DNA of 64,000 bases from Dicyema japonicum. Lineage: Eukaryota; Animalia; Dicyemida. The stretch lies in contig RDEW01000042.1 in the NCBI GenBank assembly GCA_011109175.1, positions 192,504 to 256,503 on the forward strand. The letters run 5' to 3'. The stretch's first letter is position 1, and every line of letters begins with the position of its first letter. Below the pieces are notes generated by a model that worked only from the letters and a program-made list of their open reading frames with translations, was not told the origin of the DNA and made no database searches. A program made the position numbers and the translations under genes. Below are positions 12,661-25,205 of this stretch, piece by piece.

Positions 12661-13164
12661 TCAATGAACTTTTCACCTTAGCTGGTCATTTTTAAATTCC
12701 AGTATCTAGCAAAGAGAACGGGAGGATTCTTCACAAAAAATGAATTCAGAAAACATATTTATATTCTTATCTACCACCAAATATCAGAGTCACTCAAAAA
12801 TGTTAAAACACGTAGAAACAACCATACCTACAATCATTAATTTTCGAATATATTCAGTATGGGCTAAAATAATGTTATTTTTAAATTTTAATAAACGCTG
12901 AGTATCTCAATTTCCATAGAACAGCAACAAAGGCATTATCACATAGAACATAAATCCATTGAGACCTTTGAAGGTCCATATAAGAGCCTTTAAAAATTAA
13001 GATTTTTGGCGCAAGTGGGTATCACATTCTCGACATGCGGGGAAAAAGTTATATTCAGTTACAGTTTTCTGAGGGATTTTATTTCCATCAAGAGTGATGT
13101 CTATAACACACTCTCCAAGCTTCCCGTTAGTTATGAACAAAGTGAAAGCTGACTTTTCTACTTA

Positions 13165-13449
13165 AAAACTAAATAAACTTCATTTTTACACAAAACCATA
13201 TCATCTACAACTCCGCTCAGACAGGACTTGCACTTTATTTAAGTAAAGAACTGTTATAACTAATCGTAATGGTCTTTACTTCTTTTTTCTTTATAGACCA
13301 GGTTCAGCAGTGAATTGTTAACTGATGACGGCGTCACTCGTCAAGCCAAAGCATCTTAGATGTATGGAACCTTCAACCGAATGTACAGTAGTGAGATTCG
13401 AACTAGGAGCAATCAGTCCTCTTGCCAAGCATTAGCTACACTCCGCCAT
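13165..13449 (-). mobile_element. tRNA-derived SINE, best-preserved copy, with TSD
   Basis: Head GGCGGAGTGTAGCTAATG..GTTCGAATCTC (A/B-box-like) and core TTGACGAGTGACGCCGTCATCAGT. Flanking 16-bp direct repeat CTGACTTTTCT(A/G)CTTA at 13149-13164 and 13450-13465. Confidence 0.8.
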
Positions 13450-13574
13450 CTGACTTTTCTGCTTAGCTGTAAAAATATAATTTTATTTTTTTATTTTATG
13501 ACAAAATACTAAACGAGAATCTCAATTACATCATTTCAACAAATATTTTTGTTATATTCAACTAGATTTTTGAT

Positions 13575-14535
13575 TCGAAGGTTCGTCCAAACCTAGCCAA
13601 CTTTCTCTCTGGGTGACGTGGGAAAGTCGTCTGTGGGAAACTTATCGAAATCACGACTACTACTTAACGGACTACCCCGAGGTTATCCGCTTTTTCCGAC
13701 CCTTTTCAATCTTTTTATCCACGACCTACCAAATTCGAGGACGAAATCTTTTACTATTATCCTACTCAGACGACTTAATAATTGCAATACGCGATCGACG
13801 CAATTCGCAGGCGGAAGATAACATCGTCTATGATTGGCTGACTGCTAACCGACTAACTATTTCTGCCGAAAAATCAATGTGCCCTTTTCACTTCAGACAG
13901 TTGTTCAAAAGAAGATCCAAGAATTTTTATTAGTTCTGTCCAGATACAGGTGGTCTCCTTCAATTCTTGGGATAATCTTCGACAGGCTATTGAACTTTAA
14001 CTTACATGCGAAGACAGTCCTCACAAAAAGACTGCAGAAGTTGAATGTTATACGCGCACTTGTTCGGAAGATTCCTTTAAATTTGAACGGTTCTGTAAAA
14101 CGGCAAACCATCGCCGCGGCTGTGGAGTATGCCTCTGTTGCATGGAGATTCGCGTTATCAGAGACTACGCTCCACATAATCAATTCAATATACCGGAAAA
14201 CTATATTGATGATGGGCCCTCACTCTGGATCAACGGTTCACCACTACTACGAAAGCTGCGACCTGTAGTCGCGGAACCAGATTCCTTCAGGTCTGTAAGT
14301 AGGAAAGAAACCTGCTTAGCCTGTCCTTTTCCAAGGCAAAAAAAAGTCGATTGGTTAGGAAGCTCCCCTCCTCAATCAGATTTTCTGCAGGGATGAGAGA
14401 AGGCTTTACAGTAGTGAACATTGGGAGACCACAGACGTTGGATGCCTCGTTTGATCGCGGGAATTGGGATTACCTAACTGTTTGAATTTTTTTAGTCTTT
14501 CTTTCTCGGTGATCCCGGGGTAATAATAAATAAAA
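13575..14535 (+). mobile_element. Decayed 5'-truncated Ingi/Vingi-like LINE
   Basis: NGLPRGYPLFPTLFNLFIHDLP, LLSYSDDLII, SILGIIFDRLLNF and VEYASVAW; ends GIT* with hairpin GGGATTACC/GGTGATCCC. Confidence 0.85.
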
Positions 14536-14889
14536 TTCAAATATAAGCGATTAATAACTGCTCGCTATGTTTTTTAGTTATTTTTTATAAAAATAAAATG
14601 TTGTCACATGGTTTAGTAGTTTAGTTTCATTCTAATTCTGGACTTTAGCACCGAAATACTATAGGAAATTCTAATTAAACGACAACGAGTTGGTCCAGAA
14701 TCATCCACAATCACGTGTTTCAAGAATACACCAGTCACACGTGTCATTATTAATTATTGGCCATCAAATTTACTAATCACATAGACTAATAATTATGGCA
14801 ATTTAAGTCTTATAATGAATTTTTTCATTTTATTATTAAAATAGATAAAAGCAATACAATTTTTTATTCATTAAAAATGTTTATTTCGA

Positions 14890-16815
14890 ATGATCCTAAA
14901 CACAAGGAGCACTGATAGCTGCACCTCTCCTGATTTAACCCGGTGTTATCCCTCTTTAGCAGGAATCACTACATGGGATGTGAACTATGGTTTCTCCAGT
15001 GACCATAATCCTATCCTTCTTACGTTAAAGATTTCGGAGACGCCGGACATTACTGACGAACCGAAAAGTTTCAAGAATTATTAGAAGGTTGACTGACCTG
15101 GCTTCTGATTCGTAGACCTGGAATTGGTCAAAGGACTATCATCCCATATACGTTCGATAGATGAAGTCGCAAAAATCATCAGTGTGGCCATTCAAAAGGC
15201 TGACAACATATTTATTCCCCTCTCATCATACACGAATTTTATACCTTCAATTCCCGGACACTTACACTCATAAAACGAAGGAACCAAATAAAAAGATGCC
15301 ATCCGACGGAGTTGAAATCCATCAGACAACAAAAGTTCATCTCATCAATATTGGAAAACATTAAAACAAATTAAATCAGAGTTGGAAGATACGAACGGAA
15401 CCTGTAACCCCTCTTCAGAACATATTTGTCATATGCACCTTAATCTACTTATGAAACTTTACGATCAGCTTCAAGAAATTCTCTAAACAACTGGATATCA
15501 AAGTACGCAAACCGAAAAATGAACCTTACTAAGAACTATTCTCAGACAAGCAGATCACAGAGGTTATCGCCAAATTAAAGAACTCACAGGCCTGCGGCCC
15601 AGACAAAGTACATAGACCAATCTTATTGACCTCTACTATATCAAAAGTGTTAGAAAAGTTTATCCTATCTGAAATTACTCCTTCCCTTACTCAACCGAAT
15701 TTCCAACACGGATACCGTTCGGGAAGATCAACCACGACTCTCTTATCAACGCTTTCACAGTTCATGGTTTCAACACTACCCCAAAACACATGCGGACAAC
15801 AATGGTCTCGATTGACATCAGCAAGGCGTTTGACTCTGTACCGAGGAAACATTTAATTAGAAAAATCTTTGATTCAAAAATTCGCCCTAACTTGAAGCTA
15901 TGGCTGGCCAATTTTTTTATCTGGAAGACGTGGAAGGGTCATCTGTGGCCACCTCAGATCACGTTTATTACCAAACGAGTGTCCCAAGGTTCGCCTTTGT
16001 CCACCTCTCTATTCAACCTTTTCCTCCACGACCTGCCAGCAGACATTGACAAGAACTTCTTACTGCTTTCTTATGCTGACGATATCATCATTGCAACAAG
16101 AAGCTTAAGGTAATTAAAGCAGTTCGGCATCAGAAGCAGTCTCACTCGCACGAAAGAAAGTGGATTGTATCCACGATTCGTTGATAGCTAATTGTCTCTC
16201 GGTATCGGTCCAAAATCATCATGCACTCTATTCACCTCCGCCCTGCGGTCCAAAGAAGAACCAGAAATCTTCATTGGACATACTCGGATACCTGTCACAA
16301 GAAATCCTTCAATCCTGGAAGTGATACACGACAGGCTGTTCAATTTTACCTACAATGCCAAACAATTCTTCACCAAAGGACTACAGAAATTGAATGTCAC
16401 ACGGGACCTCTTCCAAAAGACCCCAGCGAATATGAATAAAGCAATCGGAACCATACACCGTCAGACAATCGAATATGCCTCTGCTGCGTGGAAATTCACG
16501 CTATCAGAGGCCACTATCCAAAAACTAAACTTACTGCAAAGGAAGATGTGGTTCCGGATTTCTACGCATTTGCGAGGAAGATGGACACCCACGAAGCCTC
16601 TCACTGTTCCACACAAAGTTAATCGGTTGGCTAAGAAATTTCCTTCCCCAATAGGCTTTTTCTGCAAGGATCAAAGAAGGCATTTCCGTTCGACAGTGGG
16701 ATCAATGGAGACGCACAGGCTTAGGAAGGCACGTTTGGTTGCGAGAACTGGGATCACCTAACTAGTTGACTTTACTTTGTCTTTCTTTCTCGGTGATCTT
16801 GGGGTTAATAAATAA
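14890..16815 (+). mobile_element. Decayed Ingi/Vingi-like LINE (endonuclease end plus RT)
   Basis: SPDLT..SSDHNPI, FQHGYRSGRSTTT, SIDISKAFDSVP, SQGSPLS..LFNLF and SYADDII; ends RTGIT* with hairpin GGGATCACC/GGTGATCTT. Confidence 0.9.
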
Positions 16816-16869
16816 ATTTTTTTTTTTTTTAAATAAAAATTTATTAAGGTAGTTAATTTAAATTAAAAA

Positions 16870-17625
16870 TTAAATTAAGACATCTGAATGGCCATGCTAT
16901 TTCCCCTAACAATAGCCAACGAGATACGTTCTCGGAACCAACCAGTCTCTCGCGCGGATCAGCTCACATGAATGGAGCCGATCTTACGAACCAATCATCT
17001 GCTTGGGGCCAAGGATTCCTGACGTTTCCACCGCGAATGGAACAAATAGATACTCCTCCGAAATTCTCTGGTACTTCCTCCTCTTTCGTTCCTCGGCCTG
17101 CTTTGAAGCATGTCCTGGGTCTGAAGCAGAAGCAACCAAATTAGACGGGGAATAAGTATCAACACACGTCGCGTCCCAGATCAGGTTTCGTCCGTTGGCA
17201 AATGGAAAAGTCGTCATCCCATCAGGGCGTTTTCCATCGTTTCGGAAAGACCAGCAGGTTCTAACAGGCCAGCAGGTTCTAATGGTGTCCAGCAGAGGCA
17301 AGGGAATTCTTTAATGTCATGTTAAGACAGGAGTGCCTGGGGAAACGACCCGCACTCATCTTGCATGACAAGGGATGATAAACAAAAGGATCGATCCAAC
17401 GTCCACAGCGGCATTTTCTTTCGGCACACAATTTAAGACCAAGACGAAGCGAGGTAGCTATTCTCACAGCCTCATCATACAACAGGTTTCCAATTTCGGC
17501 AGATGGAAAAGCGTTCATCCATGCCCCCGTCGAGTGACAACTGGCTGTTTTGAGGCAGGCAAGCCTTCTTACATCTTCCGTCTTTTCAAGGGACTCTTTC
17601 TTCTTTTCGAAGACACAAAACAATA
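16870..17625 (-). mobile_element. CRE-like retrotransposon 3' part (zinc motif plus REL endonuclease)
   Basis: TGAWMNAFPS, CRCG..D..YHPLSC, DGKRPDGMT, WDATCVDT, FVPFAVETSG and RISLAIVRGNS. Confidence 0.9.
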
Positions 17626-18279
17626 GGAATAAATAAAATTAATTAAAAAGCCTACTTTATAAATGCTATTTTTTATATTTAAGTACTAGAAAAAATAAAT
17701 GTTATTTTAAGTTCTAAAAATAATTTTTAATATTTCTTTTTGAGTGTCAAACATAAATAATCATCGAATAATTTACCCCATTTGTAGAAATTCTTTTTTG
17801 TTATTCCAAAACCGAAGTGTTCATTGTTAAATAAAGCTAGATTGTTAAACATTAAACAGTTCACGTAGTAATTTGTTTAAGGATATCGGATATCCGCAAC
17901 TGTAATTATCACTATTTATTGTCCTTACTAATTCAAATGCATTCAATTTTGGGTTGATGAGACTCAAATACCAATCCGAGATGCATCCAACACTTCCTTG
18001 TTCAGAACTAAGGATTTCCTCTGAGTCCGAAACCTAGTCTGTGTTCATAAGTATAAGAGAGACATGTACTTTAAGAACGAAACTAAGTAGAATTTTCCTG
18101 CAATGGATCCTCACCAACTATACTGCATTGTATATTAAAGTTGATTTAACTTAACTAGCCTACCTGTCATACATACACATTGATCCAAGAACTAACGTTT
18201 AACCATAATAAATGACCATATGCATTCTTTGTCAATATAGTAACAGTCTTTCACGAGGGCCGTAATACTTATAGCATTG

Positions 18280-18500
18280 ACACTTTATTAGAGTGAAGAA
18301 TAGTTATGCTAACTAATCGTTGAAAGAAAGGCAAGGAATGTTTCTTTGACTTCTTTTTTCTTCTAGTTCTTTACGAGTCCTTGTATTTGATTCGGTTCCA
18401 CAGTAAGCGATTCACTTATACAACGTCGTTAAAAACCAAGGCACCGTGGATGCATATAACCTTAAGTCGAGAATGTACAGCAGGGCGATTCAAACCTTAT
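18280..18500 (-). mobile_element. Decayed copy of the tRNA-derived SINE
   Basis: The reverse complement has GGTTTGAATC..CTGTACATTC..ATGCATCCACG..TGTGGAAC..AATAAAGTG, colinear with 13165-13449. Confidence 0.55.
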
Positions 18501-19574
18501 TCTTTATTTTGAGTTATTAGATATCTGAGTTTGGGATCATGATGGATGTTAATTTGATATCTCATTCGATGGTGGATCTCCATATAAGGTTTCGTTGAAT
18601 TGGTGGTTCAAAGACTTAAAAAACAGGAAAACTGAACTCGGTCACTTTTTCTTGTCTACCATAAACTGTCTGGTTAGATGAGCAAGACTGAATTAGACAG
18701 TGCCATCGCAAATATATCTCGAGAAGGAAATGTCTCGGATTTAATTCATAGTTATATAATTTCAGACAAATCGACTAAAATACGGTAAAATAATGTTAAC
18801 AACCATCCTATACCTGCAGCCTCATACTGACGACCCTTCATGTTCTTTGACCCTTGATATAATTTTAACCCATAGCCTCGCGCATGTGACATTTCCTTTG
18901 TTCAGAACTTCTGGTTTCCAATGTCTCATGAATTCGTGCTAATAATGAAGCCATGTAGACATTTCGTGGAATATAGGTAAGCCAACCAACCAATCAACCC
19001 TTGGTTAGCTGTCGAATTATAATAATTGAAATAACATATTTAAATATCGAATTATAATTTACCCGTTTTAGTCAAACAACCTGCATTGGTCAATTTAGGA
19101 AAATTATGTTTTTAAATTACAGTAACTAATTATCCCAAGGAAACGTAAAAATATACAAAAAGCATTTTTATAATTTATTATATCTCCCTATTCAGTTCTT
19201 CAGGTTACTAATCTACTAACATGGTCTTCACGTCGTGGGTCATTCCGCTCGAGAGAAAACCGCCTATTTGTGTAGCTAACAGAACCGAAGTTTCTCCCTT
19301 ACCATGCAACTGTGTGGTTGGTAGTGACTACTAGACAAGCGCCAAGATTCAGTTCCCAGATCCTGTCATTGAACGAATCTTAGTCCTTTTACGTGAAAGA
19401 AACAGGTAGCTCACATGGCAGTCACAACCTCCAAGAGATTCATCATGCGGCATTTGATGCGACATATAATTTGAAGTCGGACCTGACAAGAGTAGAATCC
19501 ACCCGTATTTTGGTCGTCTAGAAAGACAGCCTAAATGTTTATGGCAATGAGTTAGATTAAATTGGAAGATAATT

Positions 19575-19790
19575 AAATTAAATTAAATTAAATTATTAAC
19601 CCCGGCTTCGCCAGCAAGTGGGAAGCCGGCGACCATCAAAGAGCGTGCAGTCCGGACAGGCCGCTCCCAGAGATCCTCGACTTTTGCATCCGGTGGTCCA
19701 GGGCAGGGAAAAAGGTCTCGAACTACTCTGCCAGCCAGAAAAGGGTGGTGTCCACACCGTAGGCGGAGCCAGTCGATTCTGATCTTCATT
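19575..19790 (-). mobile_element. 3' end of a second Ingi/Vingi-like LINE family
   Basis: LRLRCGHHPFL..LFPCP..EDLWERP C-terminal motif; hairpin GGCTTC/GAAGCC followed by GGGGTTAATAA. Confidence 0.65.
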
Positions 19791-21059
19791 GGAAGATAAT
19801 GCTTATAGAAAATATAATAACCCCAACAATTATGATAAATAACTAAAACAATTAATTTATAATTTATTATATTATTTAATTTTCATAGATTATTACCATC
19901 TAGCCACATCTCCCCACATATAAATAAATCAGACTTTATGAACCTCTGCTTAAAAATGACATTTAGACGACACAATGCGACTCGTAATATTATTTTAATT
20001 ATTTGGCTTGTTTTCCTTATTTTTACAATTTTTTAAATTTAAAAGTGATTAGCAAACGCTTAATGGAATTATTTAGTTTGCGAAAATAAGTAAATTATAT
20101 GTTTTCGACCACCACAGCTTAGCTATGCAGTGGTAATGACAAAGCACGTGCAACCTGGTGACCTAACATGAATGTCATCACCTCCACTTGTTCCTGTAGA
20201 TTCCACAGGTCCCTATATAAAATAAGCTGATTTATCACCGACTTATATTCTTACAACAAGGATGCGAACTAATAATTAGAATGGATTGTTAAACCTTCAC
20301 AATAATCAATACACTGCTAAAATTTAAAATATCCTCCAAGAAACTTAAAATGTCCTTCCTAAATATTCTGACATTTTGACCAACAAAGGATAACACTAAA
20401 CTGAGTTTGCTTAATAAAATATATCTTTCTTGGTTATCGCTAATACTCATTATTGTACCCTTTATCGCATTTCTGGAATTCTCTTAAGAGTTGATCTGGA
20501 TGTCTCTTAAATCCAACTAGTACTAAATTCGTAGAGCTTAATTTACTGGAAGTTCCTCCCCTAACTGCAAAATCAAACATTCAACCAATTTTTGTTTTAA
20601 ATGGGTTGTCCTCAAAATATAAGACACTTTCAGCTAATCAATAAAGGAAGTTAATTTCATTAAGGAACAAGAAATGATCCCCAATATAGGAAAGTGACTA
20701 TACTGTCGTAAAACCACAAAATCAAAAGTAATATTAATTTAATATATGTGATACTTTTTTGGTGACAATACAACCACGTGTCACTCGTAATGTCTACACA
20801 AACTTTAAATTACTAAAATGTTGTAGAAACTATTTTTAGAACAACAATCAATTGTGATTACATTTCTAAAAATAAATGAGATTTTACAAACAAAATATTG
20901 ACCATTTTTATTTTTAGACCACCAAAAGATGTAAACTTGAATATATAAAACTACGACTGGGTAGTTCCTTTTTACAAAAAACATCCTTTGAGTCAATTAC
21001 CAACGGTATATTACGTTTTCCGAACATTTAAAATGATGGGAGTGCCGCTATTCGTCAAA

Positions 21060-21702
21060 ATGGGAAGACGCAAAATAGAGATTGCAAAAATTAATAACGA
21101 ACGAAATAAACAAGCTAATATGACTCACTTATGTTATTAGGTCACTTTTGCAAAACGGAAAAAGGGACTGATGAAAAAAGCGGAGGAACTGGGCGTCCTT
21201 TGTGACTGCGATGTTGCCGTTATAGTTTTCAACTCTTCTGGGAGGTGCTTCTCTTACCTAAATAAACAAGACAATTCTATCGTTCAGAGATATATGGATC
21301 ATGGTCGTTTCGTTTGTTTATTTAAGTTAATGGGAGAATCACTCTCTCAAGGAAATTCGAAGAAAAACTAGATCACTTTTTAAATTCTACTGGCGGTGAG
21401 ATTGTCAATGTAACATTTTTTGTAATTCAGACTACATCCGTTCCTCAGCATTGTCAATACATCAGGCCAGTTAATTACCAGCAATACGAGCAACCTACGG
21501 AACCTTATCGTTTGATCATCATTATTATGTAGAAAATGCCGAATATAATCCCCACTTTTATGACCCACAAAACTACGTTCCTGGATTGGATGAGAACCAA
21601 TACTGGGATTATAACACTATGAATGTACAAAATCCTATGGGAAATAATTATCAAAACTACCACCACGATGACTGCTATCAAAATGGCAGGAATCATTACT
21701 AA
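21060..21702 (+). CDS. MEF2: MEF2-type (type II) MADS-box transcription factor
   Basis: MGRRKIEIAKINNERNKQ|VTFAKRKKGLMKKAEELGVLCDCDVAVIVFNSSGRCFSY. Introns at 21114-21140 (GC-AG), 21304-21326, 21410-21430 (in frame, optional) and 21510-21532. Q/Y/N/P-rich C-terminus ending in TAA. Confidence 0.88.
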
Positions 21703-21919
21703 ATCTAACATGTGTTTAATTTGATATTAGTATAGTTTCTTATTAAGTCTCTTATTTCACGATAATTTGTTAGATTGCATATTCCCTAGGGGAACTCAGT
21801 ATTCTTGTTAGGAGCTCACTCTCTTAGTCACAGACCTATAATCACGTTTAACAGAAATTCATTAAATAAGTTAAGGAAAGTATTTCTCGTTCTTCTAGGT
21901 TTTATAATATGAAGAATAT

Positions 21920-22480
21920 ATATTTATTACTACCGGTCCCTTCGAGTGGAAGAAACCGGAGGCTACAAGAACGTCTTAGCAAAAGGGGACGCTTCCAGAG
22001 ATCCGACAAGCTATTTTGGTTCTATGCCGATTCGTAGGTGGGAATATATATTTAAACACAGTATTTTAAGCTCTCTGAAGGAGATTTACGTTCCTATCTA
22101 CTAGAATTAGACAATCGTCCTCTCCATTTTACCCATTATGCCTTCTTAACGACCAGATTTTTTCTTCACTTATCCGGGCCTCTTTCAGTACTGCAAAACG
22201 CCAAATAGACATGATGGATACCTAGGAGCGTTCTCTCTTGGCTTTAACTGGGGGAAAAATGATTAAATAAAATGTAGATTTTCTCAATTCTCTGCTCTCT
22301 ATTCTCTAGGAAGCTATTCTTCCTTTCCTCATTAATAACAGAACATTCAAATCCTTTAAAACACATTTATTCGCTCATATTCTTAATGAATCAGTAATCA
22401 AAAAAACATTTTGCAACGAACAATCAGATCTATTCAATTTGATGGAGAGTTAAGTCCCATATATATACCAAAAAGTCATC
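21920..22480 (-). mobile_element. Decayed LINE 3' remnant related to 19575-19790
   Basis: DLWKRPL motif; terminal hairpin CCGGTTTCTT/AAGGGACCGG followed by TAATAAA. Confidence 0.45.
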
Positions 22481-23208
22481 TCTGAAAATCCTCCCATAAA
22501 AGGAACGGCGTGGATACATGAAAGTGGTAGAAGCGGTCTAAGAATATCAAAATTCGTTCCGTATACTAACCTAATTAACTGTTATTCATTTATAGGAAAA
22601 TAGGAAATTTGTCTTCCCAGTAGTGATTTTAGCATAAGAAATTTTTTTTTCTATACGAGATGCAAATTTGGTAAAAATGACCTTTTGTAGTGTGGATCAA
22701 AAATAGATAAATAAAAGGTTAAATAACTCATCAATGGGTAAAAATCAGAAAAAAGCAGTAATGGAGTCCTAGTGAGAGTGGTATGGGTTCCAGTATTAAA
22801 ATGTCATTAAATTAGGACATGAATCAAGACAAAGTTATATTAACGAAGACAGAGTCCTAGATGATTTATCAACGAAAAATACAAAATATATATTTACCAG
22901 TAAACTAAAATTAAAATTCATATTATTTAAGTGAGAGTGAAGATTGACTAGCTGATGAGCAACCTCGATGAGAAGTCCAGAACCTTCAAGGAGGACCCAT
23001 GCGATTTCAACTATCTTTCGCATTTAACCTTACTTTCAGTGATAATAAAAAATTAATTCACAGCCAAAGTGGACGGTGGCAGAGATCAGACAGATGAATC
23101 TGATGTGGCAATGACGGCGAATCAGGATTTTAACTAAATAATTAATTTTTTATTTAATTAATCTTAATAAATATAATGGTTAACCTATTATGAATTAATT
23201 TATAGTGC

Positions 23209-23770
23209 ATGACTGATGTCTTCGACCTTGTCTGGTGTCCCCATTTATCCAGACTTTTGATTCTTTTATGTGGGGACGTCGAAACCAATCCTGATCCATG
23301 GAGAGGTTTTACAATTATACAACTGAATACGAATGGGATCAGGAAGAAAATCTTTGAACTCCGGGCACTCCTCCGCGAAAATGAGGCTGACCTCGCTTTA
23401 ATACTGGAGTCCAAGCTATCTCCCTCCATACCAACACCCTCTTTTACCGGATACACAGTGATCCGTAAAGATCGTCAGGGAGGACGCGGAAGAGGACTAC
23501 TTACTATTATAAAGAACGATATTCCTTTTATGGATACAACTCAACGAACCTCAAAGCTTCTTGGCTCCGACAAGACTTTGGAGCAGATTACTGTCAAAAT
23601 CGAGTTATTCCCGTCCTTTTGGATCCATTTGGCTAATTTATATGTTCCTCCACAAGGATCGTGTCCGTCATCTTACACCCCTGATTTATCACGTTTCAAC
23701 ATTGAAAAATCTACTGTTATGTGGGGATCTTAATGCACGACATCCAGTTTGGCTCACTTCCCAATCCTCA
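23209..23770 (+). mobile_element. 5' fragment of Ingi/Vingi-like LINE: 2A-like leader plus AP endonuclease
   Basis: LLILLCGDVETNPDP, then IIQLNTNGI, ESKL, RKDR..GRGLL, NLYVPP and CGDLNARH after a frameshift. Confidence 0.9.
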
Positions 23771-24114
23771 ATATTGCTATTAATCGTGAAGAATGCATAT
23801 TTATTGGAATGCTTATATTTATATTCATTGATTTTCATATATTAAACCGACGAACAATGTGCATTGTGATAGCTGCGTTGTCATTCAATTTATCCTCAAC
23901 AACCACTTCTCATACCAGAAAATTGTGAAACAGTATAGGGCATGCACCCAACAAAGTCTTGGTATAAAGGATAATGAAAATCCAATCAATAAAAACAAAT
24001 TGACGTCACGTTTAACAGCATCCATTATGTCTCCATTTCTATTATCACTTTCTCCATTTTTTCTTTTTTGATGGATTTACCTTTCTTTTCACTATGATCA
24101 CTTTCCATATTTAA

Positions 24115-25205
24115 TTTATTAACCCCGGACTTACGAGAAAGTGGACAAGAGTTATCATCTAATTAAGTAATCCCGGTGTCCATGGCCCGGTGTCCTTTTG
24201 CATGTATTCCATGATTTGGTGTGACGTTTAGTTTTTTCCGTTGCAACGATGTGGGCGTCTTTTTCAACGATCTCAGCACTAGCAGAGACCTCAACTTTGC
24301 CCGATGCTCCTGATGGAAGTAAATCCATTTTGTCAAGAAAGCGGAAGGAGATAATAACTCCAATCTATCTCAATTGTAAAGGCGATTTTTCAACATCCAT
24401 TCGATTAACAGTCCAGATTTTGTTGCAATCTCGAATTAATCAGGTCCCGATCACGTGACGTAATTACTATGTCGTCAACATGAGTCAGAACTATATCATT
24501 TCCGACCTCCGGTTTGTTGAGATCCGACATTAATTTATTATTATTACTCCAGGATCACTGGATCAAGAGAAAGAAAAAAAATTCTCAACTAAGTGATCCC
24601 AGACAGACAAGGGAAAGGACGAGTCTGTTATGGTCGAGAATCTGAACAGCTCTTTCATTGACATGGCATCGGTTCAAACTTTCTGTATGATTGTAGATAT
24701 TTTGATAGTGTATGGAATTGAGGGCAGCTTGGTAACTAACTCCTTTAAGAGTTTCCGTTGTAATTCGATTAAAATTTTCAATGGGCTGGATTTGTGTTCT
24801 GTGCAATTATCCTTTTGCGGTCTCCTCGGTTGCGGATAGTTTCAATGAGGAGGATCGTGAAATCTGCATTGCCCACGAAGGACTTGCATATCATCGTGGG
24901 TCGGATAAATTGTACATAAATCGTGGCAAGCCACAGCAGAAGTTACTATGTTTTCAACATGTCGGATAAAGGTGAGTCCTGATCGAAGGTGACTCCAGAA
25001 TCTTCGGTGTTTTGTTAATAGGAATAGCCTCGTTTATTGTAAAGAATTTTAAATCTACACAGAGCTGTCTTTTGTAAGTGGTAATCAGCGTGACAGAAGA
25101 CTTTGTTGATGATGCCTCGACTCTTCGCTTCGAGAGCCATAGTTCCAATTTGTCAAGTATTTGTTGAGCGGACTGAGTCGCTGATTGAGATTCGATATCC
25201 GACAT
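24115..25205 (-). mobile_element. Two decayed Ingi/Vingi-like 3' fragments (24115-24460 and 24535-25205)
   Basis: LDKLELWL..S.TKSSVTLIT..PKIL motif; both fragments end in GIT-type codons with the hairpin and an AATAAA tail. Confidence 0.75.

Noticed and set aside
13322-13352. Hammerhead ribozyme core (CTGATGA) in the SINE antisense strand, also at 41160 and 45935
   Set aside because: No conserved GAAA after the putative stem II in any of the three copies, and no consistent stems I/III.
13385-13447. Functional tRNA gene
   Set aside because: A/B-box-like motifs are present but there is no full cloverleaf; it continues into a repeated body and has a TSD, so it is a SINE head.
20108-20215. Additional HDV-like fold on the minus strand
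   Set aside because: Some nested pairing (GGTG/CACC, TGAC/GTCA), but single copy, short helices and no C-N-A-A linker.
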